From positions 53,816,001 through 53,880,000 of the forward strand of contig OZ336881.1 in assembly GCA_965287045.1 (NCBI GenBank): a stretch of DNA of 64,000 nucleotides, given 5' to 3'. Origin of the DNA: Carcharhinus amblyrhynchos (taxonomy: Eukaryota). Position 1 is the stretch's first letter. Every line of letters begins with the position of its first letter. The position numbers and the translations under genes were made by a program. Positions 52,546 to 64,000 of this stretch are shown one piece after another. The notes beneath the pieces are model-generated. The model searched no databases, was not told the origin of the DNA, and saw only the letters and a program-made list of their open reading frames with translations.

Positions 52546-53054
52546 GTACACTGTTATTTTGTATTTGAGCAATTTTATTAAAGGGAGGTTGTTTTTACTT
52601 CATATTTTTCTCACAATTAATGTCACCAGTGATTCTGTGAATCACAACACACAAGCTTACAGAAAATTAATAGCTTATAGAAAACTCCCATATCAAGATT
52701 TCCATTTGTTAAATTTCATTGCATAAAAAATAGATTTGATGTTAAATATTCTGTTCCATGACAATAGTAAACCAAAGAAATATGAATTATTAACAACTTG
52801 TTGCAATATTTTCTTTGGTTTTGCATCACTGCCAGTGATTCACATCTGCAGCTTATTTGTTTGTGAGTGGGAATACAGTCCAATTTAAGTAAGGTAGTGG
52901 TTGCAGTGGTGGTATCAATAGAGGAATTTGAATATACTTGTGTTTTTTGTGTAGTATATTAGAACAAGTTGATGTTTGTACTATAGATGGAATACATCAT
53001 TGATGATTGATTTAAGTATAATTATTCAGTGCAAATGGTCTTAAATAAGACAAT

Positions 53055-53600
53055 TTATTTGATTTATTATTATGTCATGTATTAGTATACAATGAAAATG
53101 TTCCTTTTGTGCCACACAGAGCAAATCATTCATAGGGAAGGAAAAGAGAGGGTGCAGAATGTAGTGTTACTGTCATTGCTAGGGTGTAGAGAAAGATCAA
53201 TTTAATATAAGGTAGGTCCATTCAAAAGTCTGATGGCAGCAGGGAAGAAACTGTTCTTGAGTCGGTTGGTATGTGACCTCAGACTTTTGTATCTTCCAAT
53301 GGGAGAAGAGAGTATGTCCAAGGTGCATGGGATTCTTTATTATGCTGGCTGCTTTTCCATGGCAGCAGGAAGTGTAGACAGAGTCAATGGATAGGAGACT
53401 AGTTTTTATGATGGCTGGGGTTCAGTCACAATCCTTTTTAGTTTCTTGCAATCCTAGACAGAGCAGGAGCCATACTTAGCTGTGATATAACCAGAAAGGA
53501 TGTTTTTATGGTACATCTGTAAAATGCGGTGAGAGTCATAGTGGACAAGCCAATTTCCTTAGCCTTCTGAGAAAGTAGAATATTGGTGGGCTTTCTTATA
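53055..53600 (-). mobile_element. Rex1/Babar 3' end
   Basis: Colinear and highly similar to positions 1-550. Confidence 0.85.
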
Positions 53601-53839
53601 CAATATATATAATTTATTCAAAAGAAAATCCAGAATCTTTGACCCATTAGTGGCACCAACTATTTATACTTTATTAACAAGATCAATTTTAGAAATCATT
53701 CACTCAGATCTTTCAACTTCCAGCCATATTAGCAGATAACTTCAGAAAAATAAACATTTTCCTTGATTTCAAAGCACTGCAAAATATCTAACTTACGTAT
53801 ATGTCTTCACTATTATATCTTGCAGTGGTTTTGGCAGTG

Positions 53840-54190
53840 ATTTGGTGACAGCACACCATTTACTGAGTCTAAAACCTGAGCACAAAATTGAGGTTGATGG
53901 TCTGGTGAGGGAGTTGCACTGTTGGAGGTGCTATTTTTAAACTGAGATGTTGAACTAAGACATTTATATCTGTCCTTTCAGGTGGATGTAAATGTTCCCA
54001 TGGCATTGTTTTGAAGAAGAGTTGAGGGATGCAGTGCAATTTCCTTGATGTCTTGGCCAATACTTAACCCTCAACAGCCATACTAATTAGTATCACATTG
54101 CTGTTTGTGGGCCTTTTGTGTGCAAATTGGTTGTTGAATTTCCCACATTACAACAGGGGCTACAATTCAAATGTATTCCATGAGCTGTGA
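53840..54190 (+). mobile_element. DeuSINE (SacSINE1/AmnSINE1-like)
   Basis: Deu-domain-like GCACTGTTGGAGGTGC...TCAGGTGGATGTAAA..TCCCATGGCA..GAAGAAGAG...ATCACATTGCTGTTTGTGGG. Confidence 0.75.
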
Positions 54191-55819
54191 GTGGAACATC
54201 AGCCTGGATTATTGCTGATATCTCTCAAATACAACTTGAACCCATAATTGCCTGGTTCAGAGGTGAGAATACTACCCACTGAGACATGTTAATGGGGTTA
54301 TAAGTAGTGCAGCTATTGTTAATCAGATCCAAACTAGTTGATATAAATCCAAACAATGACATATAGCTTCTCCTTACAGAGAATTTATTGACCTAGTTCA
54401 ATCTCAACAGTCCTCATAAATAGTTCCAACTATTCCCTACTTATATGCATTCCAAATACTTAATTAAATAATGCCCTTCACCTATGTATCTTAACGTAAT
54501 AAACGTACTATCAGTAGATTCCCTTTCTATGAAAAAAATCTTCATAATGCACACACAATATCAAAATAAGGCAAAGTCTGCATTTTGTATAATCCATCAT
54601 AATAACAAGATGTTCCTCTTCTAAAACCTTTGACAATTACTTCAAGCAAGCTATCCTTTTTCTAAAAGTCAATCAAATATTTGGTGATTTGTGTCGATCC
54701 ATTTTACCTAAGAGATCTCTTTTCACCCTAACGTTTCTTTCATGCTGGCAAGGTCAATCCTGAAATTCCTCCTTTATTTGATCTATTCCCCGTTACTCAA
54801 ATTCCACAAAATCTCTGCATAGAAAACCATCAAAGTGCGTTAGACGTCTTCTAGCTTCTCCTTGTGATACCAACAGAAATTGTTGGGTCTGCTTTTAGTT
54901 GAATGCAACTTGTTTTCAGCAAGACAAACCATACTCTTGACACTTTATTCAACCATAACTAACTTGCTTAATTTCCAATTTTCCTTCTATATTGCCAACT
55001 TCTTTACGTGGTTTCAGAAACTTCCCTTTGAAATTTCTCACCTTGCAAAAATGTAGTATTTGCATCAATTGATTTGCATTCCCAGGAATACGTTGCTAAA
55101 GGAGCTAAGAAAATGTTCAAACTCACTTTTTTTCAGCAGTGGTGGAGTCCACTCTGACATCTTCATTACCAAGTCTCCCTTCAAAATCTTGAACCACTAG
55201 TCCAGCTTTAGTCTTAAATGTGCCTTCAAGAAGCACCTTTTTTGTACGTGTCAACCTATGTGATAAGGCTGGCTGTGCTCTGCCTTTTGTTTCAATGTAA
55301 ATGCCAAATTCTTTCCAACTCCTTTATCAACTTATCTTCTAACTTGTTAGTAACCATGAAACCTTCCCGATCATAATGACTTCCACTATTCATGGCGTTC
55401 CTAGCCTGTTCTATGATTTTTATTCTTGTCAAACTATGACCTTTACTTTGCTCTTCTTTCTGCTTCGGGACTATTTCTGCACAAGCTCTCTCTCCTACCA
55501 TCAGGGTCACTTTTGCAAATCCGTGGTCTTTTCCTAAGACTGTGATTCAGTCCACTTTCGGTACTCGCATTGCATTTTATGGCCCTCCACATTTTTACCA
55601 AACTCTGCCAATCCATCAGTCGTACATTTTGTCCTTTATCTTGCACATTCAGTCAATGTTTGTATTTGCTGTTGGCTTTTCCTGCTCTTAGCTATAATGG
55701 TGGCATCCCTCCATTCATTGGCCCTTACTGCCATATATTTTATTCCATTGCCAATTTTATCCTTTGGGATAAATACCTTCATCCTGCACTTCAGTATCAC
55801 TTTGTCCATATTCAGTCAT

Positions 55820-58800
55820 AACCTGCTTCATGTAATTATACAATATGTGTCAATGTGAAAATGTATCAGAGTTAAAATCATTCCTAGGAATGGTGAATTA
55901 TTACAGCAGATTCTTACAAAATGTGTCAACAATTTTAGCCCCACTTCACCAGCTTTTGATGAAGCATCAGTGATGGAAATGGGGCAAACGCATACAAAGA
56001 GTGTTTGTAAAAGTAAAGCAAGCCTTACAGTCATCGACACTGCTTGTACATTTTGATCCAACAAACCTGTAATGCATCACCATGTGGAGTGGGAGCAGTC
56101 TTGTCCCACAAGTTGTCAGATGGAATCGAGAGGCCAATTGCATTTGCATCAAGAACCTTATCAGATTCTGAGAAAAAGTATTTTCAGATTGACAAAGAAA
56201 ATCTGGCAGTAATTTATGCGGTGCAGAAGTTTGATATTTCACCATGTTATGAGATCACAAGCCATTGTTGGGTTTTATTCAAAGGAATAAACCAATGCCA
56301 CTAATTGCCTCTGCAAGGGTGCAGAGATGGGCTCTACTGCTAACTGCATACAGCTACTCTTTCCAGCATTATCTTGGAATGTAAATATCAAATGTGAGCA
56401 CATTCAGTCATCTCTCTTTGCTGCAGACAGTGCAGTCACTGCCTGTACTACAAGAAACAGTGTTAGTACTGAACCTGATAGAGACTTTGCTGATCTCAGC
56501 TACTCATATAAACACTTGGATTTAAATGGACCCAATGTTGTCAAAAGTTAAGAGGATGGTGATGCAAGGATGGCGATAACTCAGATTAAAATCATAGGAA
56601 GGAAATAACATGAGAGGACATTGTGTTGTGAGCAGCTCGTGTTATAGTGCCACCACAGGGGCGACGGCTTTCATACAGGAATTGCACGACACACACTCCG
56701 GATAAAGTAGGATGAAAGCACTTGGCTGAAGTTATGTTTGGTGGCAGGGCATAGATAAAGAAATTGAAAGACTATTCAGCCAGTGCCCAAGTTGTGAAGC
56801 CCAGCAGTCATTGCCAGCACCAGCAAATACGTATCCATGGGAGTAGCCAGGTCGGCCATGGTCAAGACTATATACAGACTTCACAGGACCGTTTGTGGGA
56901 CATATGTTCCTCATCCTGGATGAGATTCATTTTAAGTGGCTGGATGACCAGTTGATGAAGTCAACAACAACCGCAGCCATCATTGACAAGTTCCAGCACA
57001 CTTTTGCCATCCATGGCATCCCAGAGGCCTTATTATCAGACAATGGCCCAGTATTTACCATAGAGGAGTTTCAAAAATTTGTTAACTCAAACGGTATTCA
57101 CCACATTCAGTCAGCACCTTACCAGCCAGCTTCCAATAGTTTAACAGAATGAGCTACATAACATTCAAATCATCTATGAAAAAGCAAGTTCACAGGCCAT
57201 TGCCTTAACATTTGGCAAGTTTGTTAGTTGTTGTTTAATGCTACGCCAAATACGATCACAGGGGTTATGCCAGTTGAGTTACTAATGGGATGCCACTTCC
57301 AACCCCATTTGGATTTGGTATTTCCAGACTTGGTGCGGAGGATGGAGGCTAGGCAAGTCTCCCAGAAAGAAAAACATGATTCAAGAACAAGGTAGAGAGT
57401 TTTCCAAGTCGTAGATTTAGTGATGGCCAGGAGCATGGCAGGTGGACTGACATAAAACCGTAAGACATAGGAGCAGAGTTAGGCCACTCAGCCCATCGAG
57501 CGCAACACAGGTTGCTGAAAAAGCAAAAATAGAAATAACAGATATTAGTCACAATCTTCCAATCATCAAATGTAGTGATTTCAGGATTACTACCTGCACC
57601 ACATGATAGTCAGAGTAGAAGCAGCAGGATACATAAGACTAGAAGATATAGGAGCAGAATTAGTCCACTCAGCCCATCAAGTCTGCTCCATCATTCAATC
57701 ATGGCTGATATTTTTCTCATCCTCATTCTCCTGCCTTTTTCTCATAGCCCCTGATCCCATTATTAATCAAGAACCTATCTATCTCTGTCTCAAAGACACT
57801 CAATGACCTGGCCTCCACAGTCTTCTGCGGCAAAAGAGTTCACAGATTCACCACTCTGTCTGAAGAAATTCCTCCTCATCTCTGTTTTTATGAATCATCC
57901 CTTTAGTCCTCTGGTTCCAGTTTTTCCTACTAATGGAAACACCCTCTCTGTGTCTATTCCATTCAGGCCTTGCAGTATCCTGTAAGTTTCAATAAGATCC
58001 CCCTCATCCTTCTAAACTCCAACAAGTACAGACCCAGAGTCCTTAACAGTTCCTCATATGACAAAGTCTTCATTCCAGGGATCATACTTGTGAACCTTCT
58101 CTGGACCTTTTCCAAGGCCAGCACATCCTTTCTTAGATACGGGGCCCAAAATTGCTCACAGTACTCCAAATGGGGTCCAACCAGAGCCTTATACAGCCTC
58201 AGAAGTACATCCCTGTCCTTGTATTCTAGCTCTCGCAACATGAACGTTAACATTGCATTTGCCTTCCTAACTACCAACTGAACTTGCACTTTAACTTTAA
58301 GAGAATATTGAACAATGACTCCCAAGTCCCTTTGTGTTTCTGATTTCCTAAGCATTTCCACATTTAGAAAATAGTCCATGCACCCATTCCCCCTTCCAAA
58401 GTGCATAACCTCTCACTTTTCCACATTGTATTCCATCTGCTACTTCTTTGACCTAACTTGTCCAAGTCCTTCTGTAGCCCCCCTGCTTCCTCAAAACTAC
58501 CTGTCCCTCTACGTATCTTTGTATCATCTGCAAATTTAGCAACAGTGCTTCAGTTCCTTCTTCCAAATCGTTAATGTATATTGTGAAAAGTTGTGGTCCC
58601 TGCACCAACGCCTGAGGCATGTCATAGTCACTGGCTGCCATCCTGAAAAAGACACTATAGGTGGCTAGCAAAACTGTGGAAAGAATGGGACCAGTTTCCT
58701 ACTTTTAGAAGTACAAGGTTGCCGTGTACAAAAGCAAGTGGATCATTTGAGGAAGAGAGTTGGGCCTGATCCATGGGACCAACAGATGTGTCCTCCCGTG

Positions 58801-59327
58801 GCCCCAAGGATTCCTATTGTTAATGTGGAGCCAGGGCAACCCACAGTTTCCAAAGCCAAGGAGGCAGTAGCTACTGAGGAGATGTCAACCCCAGGTTGAT
58901 GAATTTGTGTTTTGCATCCTCATGCTCAGATTCCTTGCTTACCAAAGTCAGTTGAAAGGTTCCTTCATAGTTCGGAAGATTTTTCCTGGAGTGTCCAAAT
59001 GTGTTGTTTTGCTTTAGATGCCTGTATTTAGTGATGTTCCTTTTGTTTCATTGATAGGTGGACTCTGGAATTGAGTGGGGAGGAGTGTTGTAATGTGGCC
59101 CCTTTAAGGAGGCAATCCTTTGAAAGCCCTGTGATCAGCCAGGACCCTAGGGAAAGGCCGTGTGGTAGGCTGATCCAATTGGGAGCAAGGGCACATGTCC
59201 TGGTATGGGGAGGAACCTCCATTGGAGCCAGGGAAGAGAAGAGAGTAGACATGTATTGCAGTTCATCAGACTCTTCTATGTATATTATTGCTTGAAGCCA
59301 TGATGAATCGCTTTCAACTTTACTACA
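55820..59327 (+). mobile_element. Gypsy/Ty3 remnant (RT linker, RNase H, integrase, PPT, 3' LTR 59086-59327), interrupted at about 57451-58655
   Basis: LKSFLGMVNYY, GVGAVLSH...ERPIAFASRTL, SYVWWQGID, GIPEALLSDNGPVF, SAPYQPASN and GPVSY. PPT GGGGAGGAG precedes an LTR bounded by TGTTGTAA...TTACTACA. Confidence 0.9.
57631..58655 (-). mobile_element. CR1 LINE 3' part nested in Gypsy
   Basis: ORF 57963-58406 (QRDLGVIV, LYKALVGPHLEYCEQFWAPYL) with a CR1-type tail at about 57631. Confidence 0.9.
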
Positions 59328-59339
59328 CAGGGCATTCAA

Positions 59340-61300
59340 AAACTTGAAAAAATGACCTAATCATAGTCTCTTCCAAGGTTGGGGATGATCCCACACCACC
59401 AAAGTTAATTTTGGATTTCTCCCATAAACTAATTGATTGGAACTCTAGCTGCCAACCATTTGAAGTGAATTCTTTGCATGGACTACCCATGTCATGACAA
59501 AAAAAGTATATATTTTCCCTTTAAAATCCTACTTCCTGAATGTCATCAAAACTTTAACATAGTGATTAGAAATTAGGTCTTGTTAAAAAGGATACAATAA
59601 CGTCCTGATTGTGTAAATCTATAGATTTCCTGAAAATAATTGCCTTTTCGTGTTCTGTAGATAATTACTTTGAGCCTTATTCCATAGATTCCATAGACAG
59701 TAAGGGTATTTCACAGGATACTACATCTGTGCCGATAAAAAGGTTTATTCTGGTTATTTTCATGGAATCACCGTTTTCCTTAGTGAATTTAATGTGTTAT
59801 CATCTCTGAACCTGAGGTAAGTAGAACCTTAATATTCTCTAACCTAACTTTGGTCTTTACTATTTAGAAAATCTAGATAACACTTTAACCAATCCATTCC
59901 ACGTACTATGGGATGTACACCGTGGTCCAACACAGCACGATTGATTGAGTCCACAACTGGAATGCTCATTACTGACTACAGGTTCTGGTGACCAACACAA
60001 TTCATTTTGACTCATCAGAATTGTTATCTTCCCTTTCTGAATCTTCCATGTCATATGTCATTTCAAAAACCTTGTTATTCCATTTTGGACAGATCACCAC
60101 ACAATGAAATTTCAAATTACATCTGAAACAGCTATTGACTATTCTTTGGTTATCCTAGAGTTCATTTTCCAAATATAGTTACCCAATTCCTATTGTCTGT
60201 TTGAGCTACCAAAATGTTATCTATCCTCATTCCTTTTGTTAGTGGGTCTTCTTTCGTATTGATGCTTGTACCCCATATCAAAATGGTCTAATGCTGCTAG
60301 CATTGGACCCTCCCTCCATCTGTTAGGTTGTTGACAAAGGTTCCACTTGTGCCATAAAAGTGGTTGGAAATGAATGTTTGCATAGAACTTTTTTTTAAAG
60401 CTTCAGACATCTGTTCCAAAAGCATATCTTTTTCTGAGAATCTAACTCTAGTCAGTCCAGGAATCTATCTATGTTTGATACTTTAGTTCCATCCAACAAT
60501 TTGAACACAAGCAGTGACTTTGGGATCTCCAGATGAAATTTTTGTAATCTTGTATACAATGTTAAATTCCATGATCCATTCCTCTATGGAATAATTATCC
60601 ATTTTTCTAAATTTATCAAAGTTTTACCATGCCTCATATGCATTTAATAGGTTATCTTTCTTAATTATTCTGTCTTTGAATTTTAAGAGATTATCCAAAC
60701 CTTTCTTATTGTCTAAATGATGTGTCTTTAGCCCTGAAAATACTTTGCACCTGGTCCTGCTTCTGATGGGAAGTGAAAGTACCACGTCCATATCTTGTTT
60801 TTTTTTTATTTGGTGAGGACGTAGCCTTTGTCCATTTCTCCACTTAATTTTTTTTGTATTGATCACAACATTCAGCCTCACAGAACAATAGTGCAAAATC
60901 AACCCCTGACTTTACATTGGTGTAAGCCATTGTTCTCCAAATTAATCTAATTACAACCTTCTGTCTGAAAAGAACTCTTGGTTTCCATTCTTGACCTTTT
61001 TGGCCAAACATTCTCTACTACCAATGTTATCAGGATCCCAGCTAGTTGATATGATCAAAACTAAAATACAGTTTTTTCTCTCTGAGAGTGTTCTCTTTTT
61101 ACTCTGTTTAGTCTTAACACTTATCAAACAGTTAGTGCCACAATTGTCCCTTATTTATATATGTTCCAAATACATAACTACAAAGCCCTTTACCTGTGTT
61201 TCTGATAATTTACACATTATTAAAAGCTATGATGAAAACATATTTTGGCACTTCTTATCTTAACAAGTGTAATTAGATCATTGTTTATCTTTCCCTGCTT
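59340..61300 (-). mobile_element. Very old L1/Tx1-like ORF2 remnant
   Basis: Only scattered decayed motifs in a plausible order (GSWNL, LIS.H.YVKVL) on an A-rich minus strand. Confidence 0.35.
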
Positions 61301-61479
61301 TTCAGCTATATTCTTGTGGTGGTATTCCTGACATTGACAGTCTCAGCAATCATTTTCCACCACCTCCTAAGTTGATGCAAACAGGACTTTCTGCTCTGAA
61401 TGATGAAGAATTTGTATTTGTCTCTCGACTTGCTGCACCAAAGCCTTTGCTGCAACATTAGAAAATCTCAGTTATATAC

Positions 61480-62480
61480 AAATTAGTGGTTGGAGCAGGC
61501 CATTCGGCCCCTTGAGTCTGTTCTGCCATTCAACATGATCATAGCTGATATGATTGTAACTTCAACCGCACATCCTTGCCAATCCCTGATAACCTTTCAC
61601 CCCCTTGTTAATCAAGAATCTACCTAGCTCTGCCTTAAAAATATTCAAAGACTCTGCTTCCACTGTCCTTTGAGGAAGAGAGTTCCAGAGACTCATGAGA
61701 GAAGAAGTTTCTTCTCATCTCTGTTTTAAATGAGCGATCCTTTACTTTTAAATAGTGACCCCCAGTTTGAGATTTTCCATGAGGAATCATGTTCTCCACA
61801 TCCTCCCTGTTGGTATGCCTCAGGATTTTAAAGGTTTTGATTAAGTTGCTGCTTAGGGGTGGCTTTTCCACCCCCATTTTCGGCAGGTGAGAATGGTGGT
61901 GGGGCAGAGAATTCAATGAGAGTCCCCAAATGCCTTTTATGTGGTTGGAATTTCCTGTTCTGATTGTCCCCATGCCTCTACCAATGGTATAATGCAGTTG
62001 CCACTGTGAAAGGATTCTCAAAGGGTGGGTGCGTATGCATGGGGTGGGGCTCTTTTTCTTGTTTTTATCATGCTTACATCGGGACACCCTTTCCAATCAC
62101 ATGGAAGACAATGTTGCTGGCCCTACCCTGTCAGCATGAAGTCATGGGACCCACCTCCTGGATTTTTTTTTCTGACCAATACTGTACACAATACTCGAGA
62201 TGCGGCCTCACCAATGCCCCGTACAACTGAAGCATAGCCTCCCTACTTTTGTATACAATTCCCTCATATTACTTGCTGCACCTATTATACTACCCTTTTG
62301 TAATTCATGCTCTAGGACACCCAGATTCCTTTACACCTCAGAGCTCAGCAATCTCTCACCATTTAGATAATAAACTTTTTTTATTCTTCCTGCCAAAATG
62401 GACAATTTCACATTTATCCACATTGTAGTCTGTTCACCAGATCTTTTGCCCACTTGCCTAACCTATCTGTTTCTTTTGGT
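61480..62480 (-). mobile_element. CR1 3' part with a nested insertion at about 61857-62170
   Basis: GGHYLKVKDRSFKTEMRRNFFS and a CR1 3' UTR. CR1 similarity resumes at about 62172. Confidence 0.8.
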
Positions 62481-63302
62481 AGCCTCCTTACTGCTTGCTC
62501 CTTGCTTCAGGCTTTTCTTCCAGGAATTGTTGTACAGCTTTTTGCAGCCAGAATGCACATCCTCTTTTAAGTGGTGTCTGCAAATCCTAATGTAAGCACC
62601 CTTCCCCTCCTCCTTTCTAATTAACTTAGCACGTGCAGGAATTATTCTAATTGCCAGGTAGCACCAGTATTGAGTGCTTGACAAAATACAGTAGCAAAGT
62701 TCACATCACTCGACTCCATAGTACTGAATGGCTGAGAATTGATCGGGTGGAAGTTGTTCATTGAAAATAGCTGATTTGCAAAGGTCCCAAATATGTCATG
62801 TCAGAAAAAGAATTTTTGAAATCAATTTTGATGTTCATAATTTCCCCAGCTCTGTGATGGATATTTATTTGTCATTGCTATTATTTACAGTCATTGCTTT
62901 TTAATGGTAATTGGTTCCAATTATGGGTTTCTATTAATGTAGAACACAAGTGAATATAAATTAACTATGAATCATTTATTTTTATTAGCCCTTGTGTTTC
63001 TGCATTGTGTGCTCTTTCGGACTGTAGTCATGATGTGATACTCATGAGCTCACCTGTTGGATTATTGAATCTTAAATTATATTGTTGTGTCAAGCCGATA
63101 ATCAAGCATTGTTGTGTTAAGCAAGTGTTCAAATTTAACTCTGTGAAGTATATTCCAGCTACATAGAGGCTGTTTGTTGGTATGCAAATGTAATGGCAAA
63201 CCTGTTCTTTAAAGTTACCTATAAAACTAACTTTGCTTCACTCGTATTGAGGAGTTGAGGGGGTTGAGCTATGAGGAGAGGCTGAATAAACTAGTCTTGT
63301 AG

Positions 63303-64000
63303 TTTACGAATATTGATTGGAGTTGCTATAGTTCTAGCTCGCTAGAGGTGTCAGTGTTTGTACAAAGCGTGCAGGAAGGTTTTTTGTCTCAGTATGTAGA
63401 CAGGCCAACTAGAGGTGAGGCTATATTGGATTTGGTGCTGGGAAATGAGCCAGACCAGGTGCTAGACTTGGAAGTTGGTGTGCATTTTGGTGATAGTGAC
63501 CACAATTCGGTTACGTTCACCTTAGTGATGGGAAGAGATAGGCATGAACCTCGGGTCAGCAATTTTAGCTGGGGTAAGGGCGATTATGAGGCTATCAGGA
63601 GTGAATTAGGAAGCATGGATTGGATTAGGGGATTACAGGGACTGGGAACGTCTGAAATGTGGAGTTTTTTCAAGGAGCAGCTACTGCGAGTCCTTGATAG
63701 GTATGTCCCTGTCAGGCATGGTGGATTTGGTAGATCTAGGGAACCGTGGTGCACTAAAAGAGTTGAGTCGATGGTTAAAAAGAAAAAGGAGGCTTATGTT
63801 CGGATGAGATTGGAGGGCTCAGATAGTGCACTAGAAAGCTTTAGATTGGCTAGGAGGGAGTTGAAGAGTGAGTTGAGAAGGGCTAAAAGAGGACATGAGA
63901 AGACTTTGGCTGATAGGATTAAGGAGAATCCTAAGGCGTTCTATAGGTATGTCAAGAACAGAAGGTTGGTCAGGGCAAGATTAGGGCCAGTTACAGACAG
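63303..64000 (+). mobile_element. Young 5'-truncated CR1 LINE, ORF2 open to the window edge
   Basis: Stop-free frame of 232 codons: NIDW...FLSQYVDRPTRGEAILDLVLGN...DSDHNSV...IKENPKAFYRYV (AP-endonuclease C-terminus and tether). Absent from the ORF track because it has no stop inside the window. Confidence 0.93.

Noticed and set aside
52546-64000. SPATA17 exon 8 (GPFRD...)
   Set aside because: No matching exon seen, so it presumably lies right of the window.

Overview
Eukaryotic, repeat-rich vertebrate genomic DNA, most likely from a shark or other elasmobranch (HE1/V-SINEs, a SacSINE1-like DeuSINE, shark-type CR1 tails). The window holds the head-to-head GPATCH2/SPATA17 locus. GPATCH2 coding exon 1 is on the minus strand (8951-9000; the rest lies left of the window). 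SPATA17 coding exons 1-7 are on the plus strand (9382-52545; 720 nt, 240 aa, three IQ motifs, all GT-AG with consistent phases; later exons lie right of the window). The two ATGs share a 381-bp CpG-rich promoter with an RFX X-box and a YY1-like motif. The rest is intronic: dense, often nested TE debris (CR1, Rex1/Babar, L2, RTE, Gypsy, Harbinger-like, Penelope-derived palindromes, SINEs) in roughly 1-26.7 kb and 53-64 kb, and a much more TE-poor AT-rich middle that looks like conserved non-coding regulatory DNA. I see no clearly new protein-coding system, and nearly all ORFs in the supplied track are TE fragments or noise. The best leads are regulatory or RNA-level: an upstream ATG put in frame by a +4 tandem donor in GPATCH2, a perfect DR4 element, candidate CNEs, hammerhead-like cores in palindromic repeats, a duplication recording a methylation boundary, and chimeric retroelement junctions. 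Family and orthology calls come from recalled motifs, not database searches, and TE boundaries are approximate.
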